Source: Octopus vulgaris
Lineage: Eukaryota
Assembly (NCBI GenBank): GCA_951406725.2
Contig: OX597821.1
Location: 19,840,001-19,904,000, forward strand
DNA: 64,000 nucleotides
Direction of reading: 5' to 3'
In this document: positions 41,481 to 54,584 of the stretch, piece after piece
Layout: every line of letters begins with the position of its first letter
How positions within the stretch are numbered: the stretch's first letter is position 1
Position numbers and translations under genes: made by a program
The notes under the pieces: generated by a model
The model's database searches: none
Told to the model about the DNA's origin: nothing
What the model saw: the letters and a program-made list of their open reading frames with translations, nothing else

Positions 41481-41543
<63 letters not shown>

Positions 41544-41943
41544 CAGTAGTTGTAGAAGAAGAAGAAGGGGAAGGAGAAGAAGAAGAAGAAGATTAAGAAG
41601 AAAGAGAAGAAGAAGAGGTAGAAGAAGAAGAAGAAGAAGAAAGAAGAAGAAGAAGAAGAAGAAGAAGAAGAAGAAGAAGAAGAAGAAGAAGAAGAAGAAG
41701 AAGAAGAAGAAATAATTGCAGTCGTTGCAAGATCCTCAGTATCGTCCGTAACAGTAGTAATAACAGCAACAAGTAAAAAAATAACATGAAAAAAATGTAA
41801 TAGTAGTAGAAGTAGCACCATAAATATCAGCAGCAGCAGTAGTGACAGCAGTAGCATCTGCAATAGTAGTGCAAGTGTATTGGTGGTAGTGATGGTAGTG
41901 GTGCTAGTAAGATTAGTAGCAGCAGCAGCAGTAGTAGTGATAC

Positions 41944-41981
<38 letters not shown>

Positions 41982-42210
41982 GTAGTAGTAGTAATAGTAA
42001 TAGTACTAGCATTAATAGTAGTATGGTGATGATGATGATGCGTATGATGATGTCCGTGACGTGATGACGATGATGAATAAGATGATGATGGTGATGACGA
42101 TGGCGACGACGATGATGGTGATGAAGTAGAAGAATAAGAGGAAAAGGAGAAGAAAAAAAAAGAGAGGAAGTGGATGAGAAGAAGAAGAAAATGAGTAAAA
42201 TGTATTAATA
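41480..42210. repeat. Mosaic trinucleotide microsatellite (TAG, GAA, CAG, ATT, GAT)
   Basis: Directly visible consecutive arrays. Confidence 0.95.
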
Positions 42211-42275
42211 GTGTGAGGAAAATTACGTAGCTCGCCATCTGCAGAGAAAGCAAACGGTTAACTCGTTGCTTATAC

Positions 42276-42487
42276 ACTCTTTTAATTTTTTATTTGTTTC
42301 AGTCATTTGACTGCGGCCATGCTGGAGCATCGCCTTTAGTCGAGCAAATTGAACCCAGGACATATTCTTTTCTGTAAGCCCAGTACTTATTCTATCGGTC
42401 TGTTTTGCCGAACCGCTAAGTTACGGGGAGGTAAACAGACCAGCATCGGTTGTCAGACGATATTGGGGTGACAACACAGACACACAA

Positions 42488-42519
<32 letters not shown>

Positions 42520-42717
42520 ACACACATACACACACACACACATATATATATACATATATGCGACGGGCTTCTTTCCGTCTACCAAATCCACTCACAAGGC
42601 TTTGGTCGGCCCCAGGCTATAGTAGAACACACTTGCCCAACATGCCACGCAGTGGGACGGAACCTGGAACCATGTGGTTCATAATCAAGTTACTTACCAC
42701 ACAGCCACTCCTACGCC
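42276..42717 (-). mobile_element. tRNA-derived SINE with internal (CA)n
   Basis: Minus-strand head GGCGTAGGAGTGGCTGTGTGG..GGTTCCGTCCC followed by TTGGGCAAGTGT (CORE-like). Same family as 43617-44039. Confidence 0.88.
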
Positions 42718-43616
42718 TATATTCATGAAAGACAGAAAATAATTAGCTCAATGTTTAAATTTCAACATTGCATTGGAATTGACAGCTACGTATTACGGTT
42801 ACATGTCACCTAAACTCTTTCTCAATGGATAGATAAAAGTCAAATTTAAATCTTGTGGAATAGTAACCTAGGTAAGAAAAAAAAAACTTTAGGAACAAAA
42901 GCAAAATATGGAGTTTAATTATAGTACAACATCATAGCCCGAAACCGTTCACTATGTGTAACATAGTTTATTTGAAGCAAAATTTTTACCCTTTAAGATA
43001 CCATGTACTTGGTAGATCAAGCTGTTTGATATAGCCAGATCTCACTCAAGTCTCTTTTTTCTCTCTTTAGAATACGGAAAGGACATATTGAGATAAAAAA
43101 AAGGTGTCGATTTCATTGTTTGTACAATGAGTAATTAAGTAGTCAGCCGACAAAACTGCATGGTCAATGAGTTAACGAGTCACAGGCTAAATGTTTCAGA
43201 AAAATATCTATTGTTAACGACAATATCACACTGAATCAACGAGGCACAGTGTTATAAGATTGGATTAGGGGTGCAATGCATCCGACACACTTCCATGCAT
43301 TCTCAAACTCATTTCGCTAAAAGATGTTAGATTCGCCCGAGGTTCTGGCTTAAGACAATTGCTCAGAAATGTTGAGTAATATATCCAGTCCTTCTCTTTG
43401 TGATTGCGAAGATCTTCGGACGAAGTGAACATGATTTAGAATGCGTAAATAACGCTATGATAGAAAGCAATTATTTTATTATAAGACTAATGTTATAAGG
43501 TGTAAATAGAAATAAGCAAAAAATAACGGCTGATTTTGAGGTTCAACGAGTTGCGTAGCCTGCTTTAGATATTACCATATAACCCTCAAGACGTATTTCA
43601 ACGAATTTAATTAAGA

Positions 43617-44039
43617 GTACTCTTTACTCTTGTACTCTTTTACTTGTTTCAGTCATTTGACTGCGGCCATGCTGGAGCACCGCCTTTAGTCGAGCAAATC
43701 GACCCCGGGACTTATTCTTTTGTAAGCCCAGTACTTATTCTATCGGTGTCTTTTGCCGAACCGCTAAGTGACGGGGACGTAAACGCACAAGCATCGGTTG
43801 TCAAGCAATGCTAGGGGGACAAACACAGACACACAAACACACACAAACATACATATATATATATATATACATATATACGACAGGCTTCTTTCAGTTTCCG
43901 TCTACCAAATCCACTCACAAGGCATTGGTCGGCCCGGGGCTATAGCAGAAGACACTTGCCCAAGATGCCACGCAGTGGGAATGAACCCGGAACCATGTGG
44001 TTGGTTAGGAAGCTACTTACCACACAGCCAATCCTGCGC
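43617..44039 (-). mobile_element. Full-length tRNA-derived SINE
   Basis: A box TGGCTGTGTGG, B box GGTTCATTCC, CORE-like CTTGGGCAAGTGTCTT, internal microsatellite and (AAGAGTA)n-type tail. Confidence 0.9.
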
Positions 44040-44917
44040 TTGAATTATACACTGAACAATATTCTACCCCATGCACAATATATGTGCGGGTCAGATTTGG
44101 ACTTTTTATAAGTATAGATCGGATCAATCTCCGTTTAGAGCCTGATCTGCGAGAAAGAATAGCAAATCGATGGGATTTGAACACAGAACGTAAATAAACA
44201 ATATGACTCGGCTTGTGATTTTCTCAGTTGCCCGTGATATTTCTTACTATTATTTTCCCATTGATCATTGTTGACTGAATTTATGTTGGCCAAATGCTAT
44301 ATAATTGGTCAATAATGATATCCTTTGAGCAGCCATCAAATTTCTTTATTTATGACATGTAGAGTGAATTTTATCAATTTACATTTTTTTAAGATTGTCA
44401 ATGGGAAGACGAAGTAGAAAGTTCATAAAACTAAGTTTGCAATTAATCACAAAATCTGCATTAATGCTTTCGTAAATAATGAATGCGCAACAAAAAACAG
44501 ACACTTGCTACGTTATTTGAATGGAATATGAAGTTACATTTTATAAACGATATATTGCAAGACACGATTTAGACTCGAGTTATCTCCATCAATATAGACA
44601 TAAACTCGATGTTTAATAACGAAAACGTGACATTATAGAATTATATCACATGCCAGGTTTACATAGGAATCCTCTTTCTTGAAGGGTCTTTTTTTTTTCA
44701 TATACTTTTTCATTAAACATCAATTTCATTATTTGTTCTCGCCGCAAAATTATTCAATCTTATCAAGTGAATATATGATGAGAATCAGCAATCAATTCCA
44801 TAACTGTAGAGAGAATATAAATAATAAAAAAAACACAAAATATTATATTATATAGTTAGGAATCAATATCATCAACGGAAGAAACAAGCAATCTCTTTTT
44901 TCATGTCCAATAAATAG

Positions 44918-44918
44918 C

Positions 44919-45011
<93 letters not shown>

Positions 45012-45016
45012 CATCC

Positions 45017-45083
<67 letters not shown>

Positions 45084-45215
45084 AATCTATCTATCTATCT
45101 ATCTGTCTATCTATCTTTCTATCTATCTATCTATTTATCTATCTATTTATCAATCTATCTATCTATCTATCATTCTATCTATCTGTATATCTATCTATCT
45201 AACTATATATCCATC
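44918..45215. repeat. Long (TATC)n microsatellite
   Basis: About 300 bp of TCTA repeats, decaying at the 3' end. Confidence 0.97.
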
Positions 45216-45723
45216 TATGTATCTTTATTTCCCTCTGTTTTCTATTAACCGATGTGTATGCATAAAAGCTAAATCTATGATCGTTTCCAAATACACGTGC
45301 TTATTTAAACCTAGATTACATACATTGCAGTTACTAAACCATATTCTTGTTATTTAACACCTTCAAAAATTACGAAATAAGAATAAAATTTCGGTCAGCA
45401 AAACCCAGATAGCTATATTTCATAAAATATTTCAGGAGTTTATTATATCTTCGATCTTTTAACTGATGGAGCGCTATATTAATCGTTGCAATTCGTCACA
45501 CACAGCACAGCAGAGAAGAGAACACACTGTATGTTACATCACTTAAAATACTCAAAATAGCAAAAGGCACAAACGACCTCCGCCTAACTTAAACTCAACC
45601 TGTAACGTAGGAACGAATATCGTAAACTCACTTAACTAACTCTGAGGTTTACTTACACACGCATACACACGCACGCATACACACGCACGCACACACACAG
45701 ACAAACACACATGCATACACATA

Positions 45724-46315
45724 TAGCGAGATTTCCAACATCGACCTTTGCATGTCTATCTGCTCCGAAAGGAGATGTCCTCTCTTAGTCAAGGCCCAAG
45801 TCTCACATGCGCATAGCATTGCAGGTAAAACTGGGCGAGTTGCTTTGTGTAGGTTTATCTTCAACACATCCTTTATTGAGTTGAACGCTCCCATCCTGTT
45901 CTTGCCCTTCGCGAGATCTCATTTGCCATCTCTCGCTTCATTGTCACTTCTTGACCGAGATGCACATAGCTGTTCATCTCTTCTATTTTACCGCCTCCGG
46001 CTGTTACGCGTTCGCTCGATACGCCGTCAGACAAGAACGAAGAGATCAAGGATAGAAATGGAGTGAAGGACGTTGTCGCAGAATGCCATCACGCAACGCT
46101 ACGACGGGCCGATCATGTCACAAGTTTCACAGACAATCTTTGGTCCCGCGTAGTTGTCTAGTGGTACTCGCGCGAAAAGAAGAGGCCACTCGGAAGAACT
46201 TCAGTCAGGTGGGAAAATGGTCGAAGAAGAAATGTTCGGGACAACGTGGAGGAGAATTGTGAGAGCACTTGAGGAATGGAGCAAATATTGTGGCTAGCGG
46301 ATCCAGGTGATCCAG

Positions 46316-46320
<5 letters not shown>
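45724..46320. mobile_element. RTE-clade LINE 3' fragment with 5' inversion
   Basis: Minus 45724-45987: IEEMNSYVHLGQ..EISRRARTGW/AFNSIKDVL..LPAMLCACETWALTK..MQRSMLEISL. Plus from about 46030: NEEIKDRNGVKDVV..LRRADHV..DNLWS..KRPLGR..RW. Tandem tail GATCCAGGT x2. Confidence 0.85.
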
Positions 46321-46350
<30 letters not shown>

Positions 46351-46352
<2 letters not shown>

Positions 46353-46927
46353 AGGTAAGACAATTTTTTCTAGTTTGTTGCACGCACGCATTTTTGCTAG
46401 TACATACGCGGTGAAGCTATACATTAGCGTCGTATTATTACGTTCGCTATTTCCAGTAAATATCGGTACTTCGTTGTGCCATATATTTACTTCTTTGTAT
46501 ATTTTCCCCTCACGTGCTATTCGTTACTGGAAAGTAATACTCTAGTATTGCATTACTAATTTATTGAAACTTCTTCACTGTTCTCGTGCTGTTAGCGTTT
46601 CGGCGTTTCAGTCGAGTGTAATGGCATTAATGTGGTAACATCTGAAAGGTTGTCGTGGTATATGTTTGGCTGATGAAGATAGATCAAGTTTATGGGTGGC
46701 AGACATATCTTGAAAAATCTGAAACCTGCGCAGGTCCCACATTATCCTTTTCCAGGTATTTCATCTTTCAGATGTTCTCCCTGGAGGTAAGACAATTTTT
46801 TCTAGTTTGTTGCACACACGCATTTTTGCTAGTACATACGCGGTGAAGCTATACATTAGCGTCGTATCATTACGTTCGCTATTTCCAGTAAATATCGGTA
46901 CTTCGTTGTGCCATATATTTACTTCTT

Positions 46928-46934
<7 letters not shown>
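46351..46934 (+). mobile_element. Retrozyme-like element: 432-bp unit plus about 150-bp terminal direct repeat, in (TA)n
   Basis: 46351-46502 is repeated at 46783-46934 with very few mismatches. One HHR per unit, no meaningful ORF, (TA)n on both sides. Confidence 0.85.
46663..46741 (+). ncRNA. Type I hammerhead ribozyme, canonical core
   Basis: TGG-CTGATGA-AGAT..ATCT-GAAA-CCTGCGCAGG-TC-CCA. Helix III is the palindrome ACCTGCGCAGGT; GUC cleavage triplet at 46734-46736. Confidence 0.92.
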
Positions 46935-46980
<46 letters not shown>

Positions 46981-47215
46981 CGATTGAGGATAAAATCTTT
47001 AAAAGAAATTATCAGTAGTTAGCGTGAAAAACCTCGTTAGAGAAAAAATCTGTCAATTTTTCCACTTTGAAAATATTTATTTATATTATATTGAGGGTAC
47101 TACTATTCGTAGATACCACACGCTAAGAGGGACCAATGCGGTCAAGACTACTAAAATAAACAAAATTTTACCGAATGCAAAACTTCAAAGCAAATCATTA
47201 AAAAAAAAGAATTTA

Positions 47216-47279
47216 GTTACATATCACCTGTGATTTCGCAATTAATGCAGAATATGCATTCCATGTTCATCAGTGCAAC
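47216..47279 (-). ncRNA. Type I hammerhead ribozyme, canonical core
   Basis: Minus strand: GTTGCA-CTGATGA-..AATGCA tattc TGCATT..-GAAA-TCACAGGTGA-TA-TGTAAC. Confidence 0.85.
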
Positions 47280-47858
47280 AAACTCAAGATATATATGAAA
47301 AAAACATAACGTTACAAGCTCGATAGCCAACCGTAGAATTCGTCGTAGCATGTACGAATGTTTATCTTTAAATATCTATGAAAATGGCGGGCTTATTCGC
47401 AATGCATTTCGATAACAAATTGCTTACTCGGAATAAAAATTCAGTATTGAACTATTCCGGTGAAAAATATAAATTAACAATTGAGGATAAAATTTTAAAA
47501 GAAATTATCAGTAGTTAGCGTGAAAAACATCTGTAAATTTTTCCACTTTGAAAATATTTATTTATATTATATTGAGGGTACTACTATTCGTAGATACCAC
47601 ACGCTAAGAGGGACCACGCTAACTACTGATAATTTCTTTTAAAATTTTATCCTCAATTGTTAATTTATATTTTTCACCGGAATAGTTCAATACTGAATTT
47701 TTATTCCGAGTAAGCAATTTGTTATCGAAATGCATTGCGAATAAGCCCGCCATTTTCATAGATATGTAAAGATAAACATTCGTACATGCTACGACGAATT
47801 CTACGGTTGGCTATCGAGCTTGTAACGTTATGTTTTTTTTTTTATATATCTTGAGTTT

Positions 47859-47922
47859 GTTTCACTGATGAACATGGAATGCATATTCTGCATTAATTGC
47901 GAAATCACAGGTGATATGTAAC
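47859..47922 (+). ncRNA. Type I hammerhead ribozyme (inverted copy of 47216-47279)
   Basis: GTTTCA-CTGATGA-ACATGGAATGCATATTCTGCATTAATTGC-GAAA-TCACAGGTGA-TA-TGTAAC. Confidence 0.85.
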
Positions 47923-48234
47923 TAAATTCTTTTTTTAAAATGATTTGCTTTGAATTTTTGCATTCGGTAAAATTTTGTTTATTTTAGTAGTTTTGACCGC
48001 ATTGGTCCCTCTTAGCGTGTGGTATCTACGAATAGTAGTACCCTCAATATAATATAAATATATTTATATATATATATATATATATTTATATACGTTCAGC
48101 AAAATTTAGATTCAGATGAATACGGTACTTAAGTTAAAGGCACCAGAATTTGATATGGTATTCCCCATATCAATCAAATGGGGTGATTATAATCAAAATA
48201 AGCAACCTTAAATATCCTTGTTGCTTATTTTGAT

Positions 48235-48295
<61 letters not shown>

Positions 48296-48584
48296 AGTTT
48301 GAAAAATGTTAGTTAAGTAAATTTGCAACATTCGTTCCAACACTACAGACTGAGTTTAAGTTACGCTGTGGTCGATTTTGTCTTTTACTATTTTCAGTAT
48401 TTTAATTGGCGTAGTATACAGTGTATTCTCTTTTCTGCAATAAAGTGGCTATGGTGAGAGCTGGGGAAGGAGAAGATACAGCAGATCTAAGAATACCCAG
48501 TGCATGCCAAATATCATTACGGCATCCCCCGTCAAAGGACCCGAGCAATGGTAATACATACATGTATATATATATATATATATA

Positions 48585-48979
48585 CTAGCAGTATCGCCCG
48601 GCGTTGCTCGGGTTGTAAGGGAAATAACTATATAAGCATTTTAGAGAGTTATAGCCAAAAAATAGCAAAAAAATTCATTAAAAATTTTTTAAAAATCAAG
48701 GTAAATTTTTTTTTTAAATCGTTGACACATCGTAGATATTTTTAGAGAGTTACTTCCCTTATATAAAAGCGAAAAAAATGCATTAAAATGGAAAAATATG
48801 ATGGTAAATTTTTTTTAAATCGTAGACTCATCGTAGACGCGCGCTAATACCCAGAAGGGGTCGATATGAATCACGACTATAAGATACCCGCTTTTGGTTA
48901 AACTGCACCGCAAAATGTGGGAGTAGTTACGAATCTAAATCGTAGGAGACAGACACACAACTTCACTCTTATATAAAGA
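48585..48979 (-). mobile_element. Non-autonomous Helitron
   Basis: A|TC 5' end, CCCGAGCAACGCCGGG hairpin and CTAG|T 3' end on the minus strand. About 85 bp at the 3' end nearly identical to 22779-22865. Confidence 0.85.
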
Positions 48980-49199
48980 TGCTTTTTTTTTCAGTCATAG
49001 AGTTAGATTTATGAAGGTCTTCAGTAGAAAATCCTTCGAATTCTGACTCGCTGCTTGATATAATGAAATTCGTATCCATTTTTTGTCAGAATTACAAATT
49101 TTGAAAACACAATAGGAACAAATTTCGGGAAAAAATCTCCCATAATTCACGGAATTAAAATTACACTTCGATTTTTGTACAAATCTGTATTTGAAGTGT

Positions 49200-49756
49200 T
49201 TACGAAGTATAATACGTGTTTTCACGAATGTACTAAAGAGATTTACTCTGATATTCTCATTTAAATATGAATAGGTAAATTCGGGCGGTTTGGTAACGAA
49301 AGGGTTTATATAAGTGTCGTCTGTTTATACATAAACACTGTTTCATACTTTCAGTTTAGTCTTCCTCAAATCACTCTGTCGCTATTTACTCTCTTCCAAG
49401 AACATTTTCACTCACTCTTATCTGTTAGCTTGCCATACATTTTACTCATGTATCTATCTGCGTGATAGACAGAAACAAATATTACATCTAGTTTCACTTT
49501 ATTCGTTGCACACTGTGTGTGTGCGTTTGCGTGTGCTGTAAACCAGACTAAGAAAAGCATTTGACATACACACCAGAATGTGAGTTTTCTGTAAATTTTG
49601 CTTAATTGGAGTTTAAATTTTAAAAACTGGACCTGGCAAAACCCGATGCATTCTACTCTTAAAAATGCTAGGTAAATTGTAATTGAAGAAATCCTATATT
49701 GTAGATTTCTATAACTGACAAAGGGAGGCAGATAAAATCTGCCTTTTATAATAAGA
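49200..49756 (-). mobile_element. Probable degenerate non-autonomous Helitron
   Basis: Minus-strand start A|TCTTATTATAAAAGGCAG. The 3' hairpin/CTAG is only vestigial near 49200-49230. Confidence 0.45.
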
Positions 49757-50477
49757 TATATATATATATATATATACATATGTATATGTATGTATGTATG
49801 TATAAATATATGTATACATGTTTGTATGTCGTTTTCTATCTATACATACACACACACACGCTCCCACACATATATATGTATGTGTGCATATATATATATA
49901 CATACTCCATTCAACCTTACGACAATGAACGACAACTAAGGATAAGGAGATCCTTATTCATAAACAAGCATGTCAGTCAAATATTCCCATCTTCAGATGC
50001 CTAACTCATGACACTATAGTTTCAGCACCCCTACCATTCAATACAGCGGTGTTAACATGCTGCCTGATAATTAAAAGACAAACAACAGCATGGAAACCTG
50101 GCATTACATATCCATATGGCAGTACCTGACAACAATAATCAACACATCAGCAAATGCAGCATCGTAAAAGCTCCATGTCATATTCTAATTGATCAAGGAG
50201 GTGCTGGCTTCACATAGCCGAAAGAACTAAATTCCTCTGGAAAGGGATGTTGTCCAGAACCCTATTCAACTCGACATCAGCAATTTTTAATGAACAGAAA
50301 CACTCTGGATAACCTTTATCATAACGACCTTGTCTGAAGATATATACCGTCTACCACGCGTCAGGTGTCAAAGCGATCATAGCGTAATATTGAATGGAGA
50401 ATTTTTTTCTCAAGAACCCAGTGTACTACCTGGTGATCGTGAGTCCAATATTGCTAAGCAATGGGCCATGCGCCCGC

Positions 50478-50518
<41 letters not shown>

Positions 50519-50522
<4 letters not shown>

Positions 50523-51064
50523 TGTGAGTCAAAAAGTAATGCCATTTCGTTTAGGACAAGTATAATTACCAACACAGGAACATGTATCATACATCAAAAT
50601 GAAGCTGGTCTTCTGTGGATCACATCCCTACTTCTCAACGTAGTCACCATTTCTCTAAATAGCAATGCTCCATTTTCGAATGAGAGCATATATCCCTGCA
50701 CCGTAAAATTCTGTTGACTGTTCTTTGAGCCACTTCTTCACTATAGTTTTCCCTTCCACGTCACTGGAATAATGTTTGCCTCTCAAAACTTCTTTCATGG
50801 GACCGAAGAGATGATAGCCTAGTGACGATGATAGTCCAGCGACGATGAAATCAAAACTGTAAAGAAGTGGATGAAAGAATGTCAACAGAATTTCACCGGG
50901 CAGTGATACATGCTCTCATTCGAAGTTGGAACATTGCTATTGAGAGAAACGGTGACAATGTTCAGATCTAAAGATGTGATTCACAGGTCCAGCATCATTT
51001 CGATGTATAATACATGTTCCTTTGTTGGTAATTATACCCATAGCATTACCTTTTGGTTCACCCT

Positions 51065-51066
<2 letters not shown>
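50519..51066. mobile_element. Fold-back mariner derivative made of two inverted 3' ends
   Basis: TIRs GAGTGTGAGTCAAAAAGTAATGC / GCATTACCTTTTGGTTCACCCTC in (TA)n. Transposase C-terminus YHLFGPMKEVLRGKHY..ALIRKWSIAI on minus, and a second diverged copy on plus. Confidence 0.82.
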
Positions 51067-51131
<65 letters not shown>

Positions 51132-51366
51132 TAGAAAAAAACACTTTTTATCAATTCAATAATGAAAAATTAAATTCTACCAAATATATACGTTTTTATT
51201 TATTATTTTGCACATTACTTAATCAATGTTATATGTAATATCTTATATTTAATCTTTCTATAATATGTAATTATTCTAAATGGTATAACTTAATTTTTCA
51301 TTACTGAATTGATAAAAGATGGTGTTTTCTAATTTATATATATATATATAGAGAGAGAGATAGATA

Positions 51367-52419
51367 CTAGCATTATGACCCGTCGTTGCCGGGCCATAGT
51401 GCTAGTGCATGTATATATGTGTACATATTACAGGTACATCTATATATATATACATCTACATATAAAATACAAAATACAAAGTTATATCTTGATATCACTA
51501 GTGATTACGATACTCAAAATATATAACAGACTGGTATTTTAGGCCCGTCTCTTGCAATTTCGATCAATTGTGTCTTGTCCTGTCTCTTGTATAGAAGTGT
51601 GGCTACAATCCAGCCTACATCTACTTCTGGGGGGACATTTAAAATTTTTATCCGGTACGTCCTACGTCCCAGATATAAAGGTAAAATAAGATATTTCCAA
51701 TTTACAAGGTTCGAGTCAAGTACTCCCTTGCACGCTCCATTGACTCGAACCTTGCTTCTATTGTGGCGAATTTACCTCCTCTGGTTAGATACTTAATATC
51801 TTTCCTAGTCGCACTAAGATACTTTTCGATGGTGCTTTCCTTCAGGTGTTCAAATCTTCTTTTCTCTACATTGTATACTTTATAGACAATAGTATCTTCT
51901 TTAATTTAATTTTTTATTCCGTTTGGTGGTGTTATCCTAGATTCACCGTCTTTGTCGGTGATCAATCCGAAATAGGTTTGTATTTCTTCCATTTTAATTT
52001 TAATGAGTTCGCGCCCGCCGACGGCTGTAACGAAATTCATTTTTGGACTTTCTTCTATCGAAGGCATTCTAACAAAAATGCTTCCGTGTTAACGATGAAA
52101 ATATTGTCAATTTCGCCAAACAGGGACACAATTCAATTTTTAAACAATAGCCAAAGCTCCTTCTCCCAAAGGGGGAGGGTTACAGCTTACAATTATTTAA
52201 CAAATGCAACACAACAACGTTTCTCTTACGAGGAACCAACAGACGTGATAACAATAGTTAAACAGTAACAATAATAACAAAAAACCTTACGCTGAATCAA
52301 AAAGTAGTACGCAGTTGATGCTATAGTCCTTTATGTATAAGAAATAAAACAACAGCAGTACTCAGTAGAAGCGGCTGTTCGAGAAAACAGACATTACATA
52401 CAGCCAAACTTAATATAGA
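51367..52419 (-). mobile_element. Non-autonomous Helitron
   Basis: Minus strand A|TCTATATTAAG..., hairpin CCCGGCAACGACGGG, CTAG|T. Confidence 0.75.
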
Positions 52420-52933
52420 TACTTAATGCTAGCTAATAAGCAGATAATCTAATGTAAAAGCCGTAGTAAACTGTATGTGCACACCTCCATCTGGACTATT
52501 CCATTTCTGCACGCTAATTTAATTTTTAATTTCTTCCCAGTCATGTGGAACCACTTATTCAAGTTCAAGTCATTGATGCAATTTTATACCAATTGCTATT
52601 TTTACTTTTGTTATGTTACGATTATATTATACTTTAGTTTGATTTCATTATTACTTACCACATATAATTCAATTTTTATTATTATCTCTAATTTTTATTG
52701 TTAAAGTGAAAGTATCTGACACAAAATAGAGAAATGTTTTGTTTCACTTTTAAAACGTAATACTGAAATAGTGGAGAAGATATGATATTGCTATGGGCTC
52801 GCCCTAGGAAAGAAGTTGAAAATTCTTTTTGCCCATGAAACTACATGGACCCTAAGTAAGGCATTTCTAAAATTTGAATGAAATTGGTTGTGTAGTTCTC
52901 AAGTTTTAGGGAAACACACAGACAGACACACAT

Positions 52934-52989
<56 letters not shown>

Positions 52990-53067
52990 TATATTGTGAA
53001 ATTTGATTTAATATTTCTAAATTCAATTTTTCCCTGTAAGTTTGGAATAATATTCTCTCATATTGTA

Positions 53068-53181
<114 letters not shown>

Positions 53182-53222
53182 TCTTCTTCTTCTTTTTCTT
53201 CTTCTTCTTCTTCTTCTTGTTT

Positions 53223-53273
<51 letters not shown>

Positions 53274-53709
53274 GTATATATACATATCTTTCGCCCTTTT
53301 TACTCAATGGACCGAAGACATGTCTGCACACTGCTATTATAGTGCTATATGTGTCATACTGATACTCATATACTTTTATTTCTGGAACTACTAATTTCCG
53401 GGACATACTTGCCTTAACATAAGCCAGAAAGGTTTGAAATAAATATTTACGTAAAAACACATAACACGGACATTAAAAAATATCGATCGAAAACCATATA
53501 TATATTTTTATCAATACATGGAATTATAAGGTTCACTCAAAACAAGAAAACTGTAGAAAAATTTTAAAAGTTAAATGTATTGAAATAATTGCTAATACAC
53601 TACCACATACAATCATATAACACGAACATACATGCACACATACATACACACATACATACATATATACTTACATACATGCACACGTACACACATACACATT
53701 GACACACAG

Positions 53710-53752
<43 letters not shown>

Positions 53753-54552
53753 CATATATGGAAGCATACATAATTTCTTAGCCTTACATATATACTTAAA
53801 TACATGTATACATACGTACAAACATATATAAACATAAATATATATATTTATACATACATGTATATACACACACGCATACACACACACAGACACAAAAATA
53901 CATATATATTCATATGCATGCATATGCGAATATATATACATGTATACATACAAGCGCGCGCGCACACACACTCACACGTACACACACACAGACACCCCCC
54001 CCACACACACACACATATATATAGGAGGAGAAGAAGGTAGAATGAGAGACAAATGAGAAATGAATGCAGAGAAAAAGATATGAAAGAAGAAAAGTAATAT
54101 ACACAATAATACTACTTAAATACAATTTTATTCAATTCAAATTTTGGCAAAATTTTACATAAATAAAGAAATATAATGTACATAAATTTTTAAAAAAAAG
54201 TGCCTAAAAAATACACAACCATTATCGAAAGAAAAAAAAAGAAATATACAGAGATTGTTTAAGTAACTTCTCTTCCCATGATGAAATATATATTAAGACA
54301 CATTTAATTTATTTGCATGCAAATAACTGCCAGCTATTAATTATTCATCTTTTCCCACTGATAGATGAGTCTATCAGTAATGAAATATTATGTATGAAGT
54401 CGTAAATGGAAGAAAACTGGAAGGAAAAAGAAACAAGCAACTGAAAAAGCTATAAACGAAAAGCCAGCAAATTCGATAGCCAAAATTCAGTGTATGTATG
54501 TATGTATGTATGTATGTATGTATGTATGTATGTATGTATGTATGTATGTTGG

Positions 54553-54584
<32 letters not shown>

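Larger units (their letters stand above)
46981..48060. mobile_element. HHR-bearing 497-bp non-coding unit in partial tandem plus inverted copy
   Basis: The sequence at 46984 recurs at 47481 (period 497). 47615-48060 is the reverse complement of about 47078-47522. (TA)n on both sides. Confidence 0.88.
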
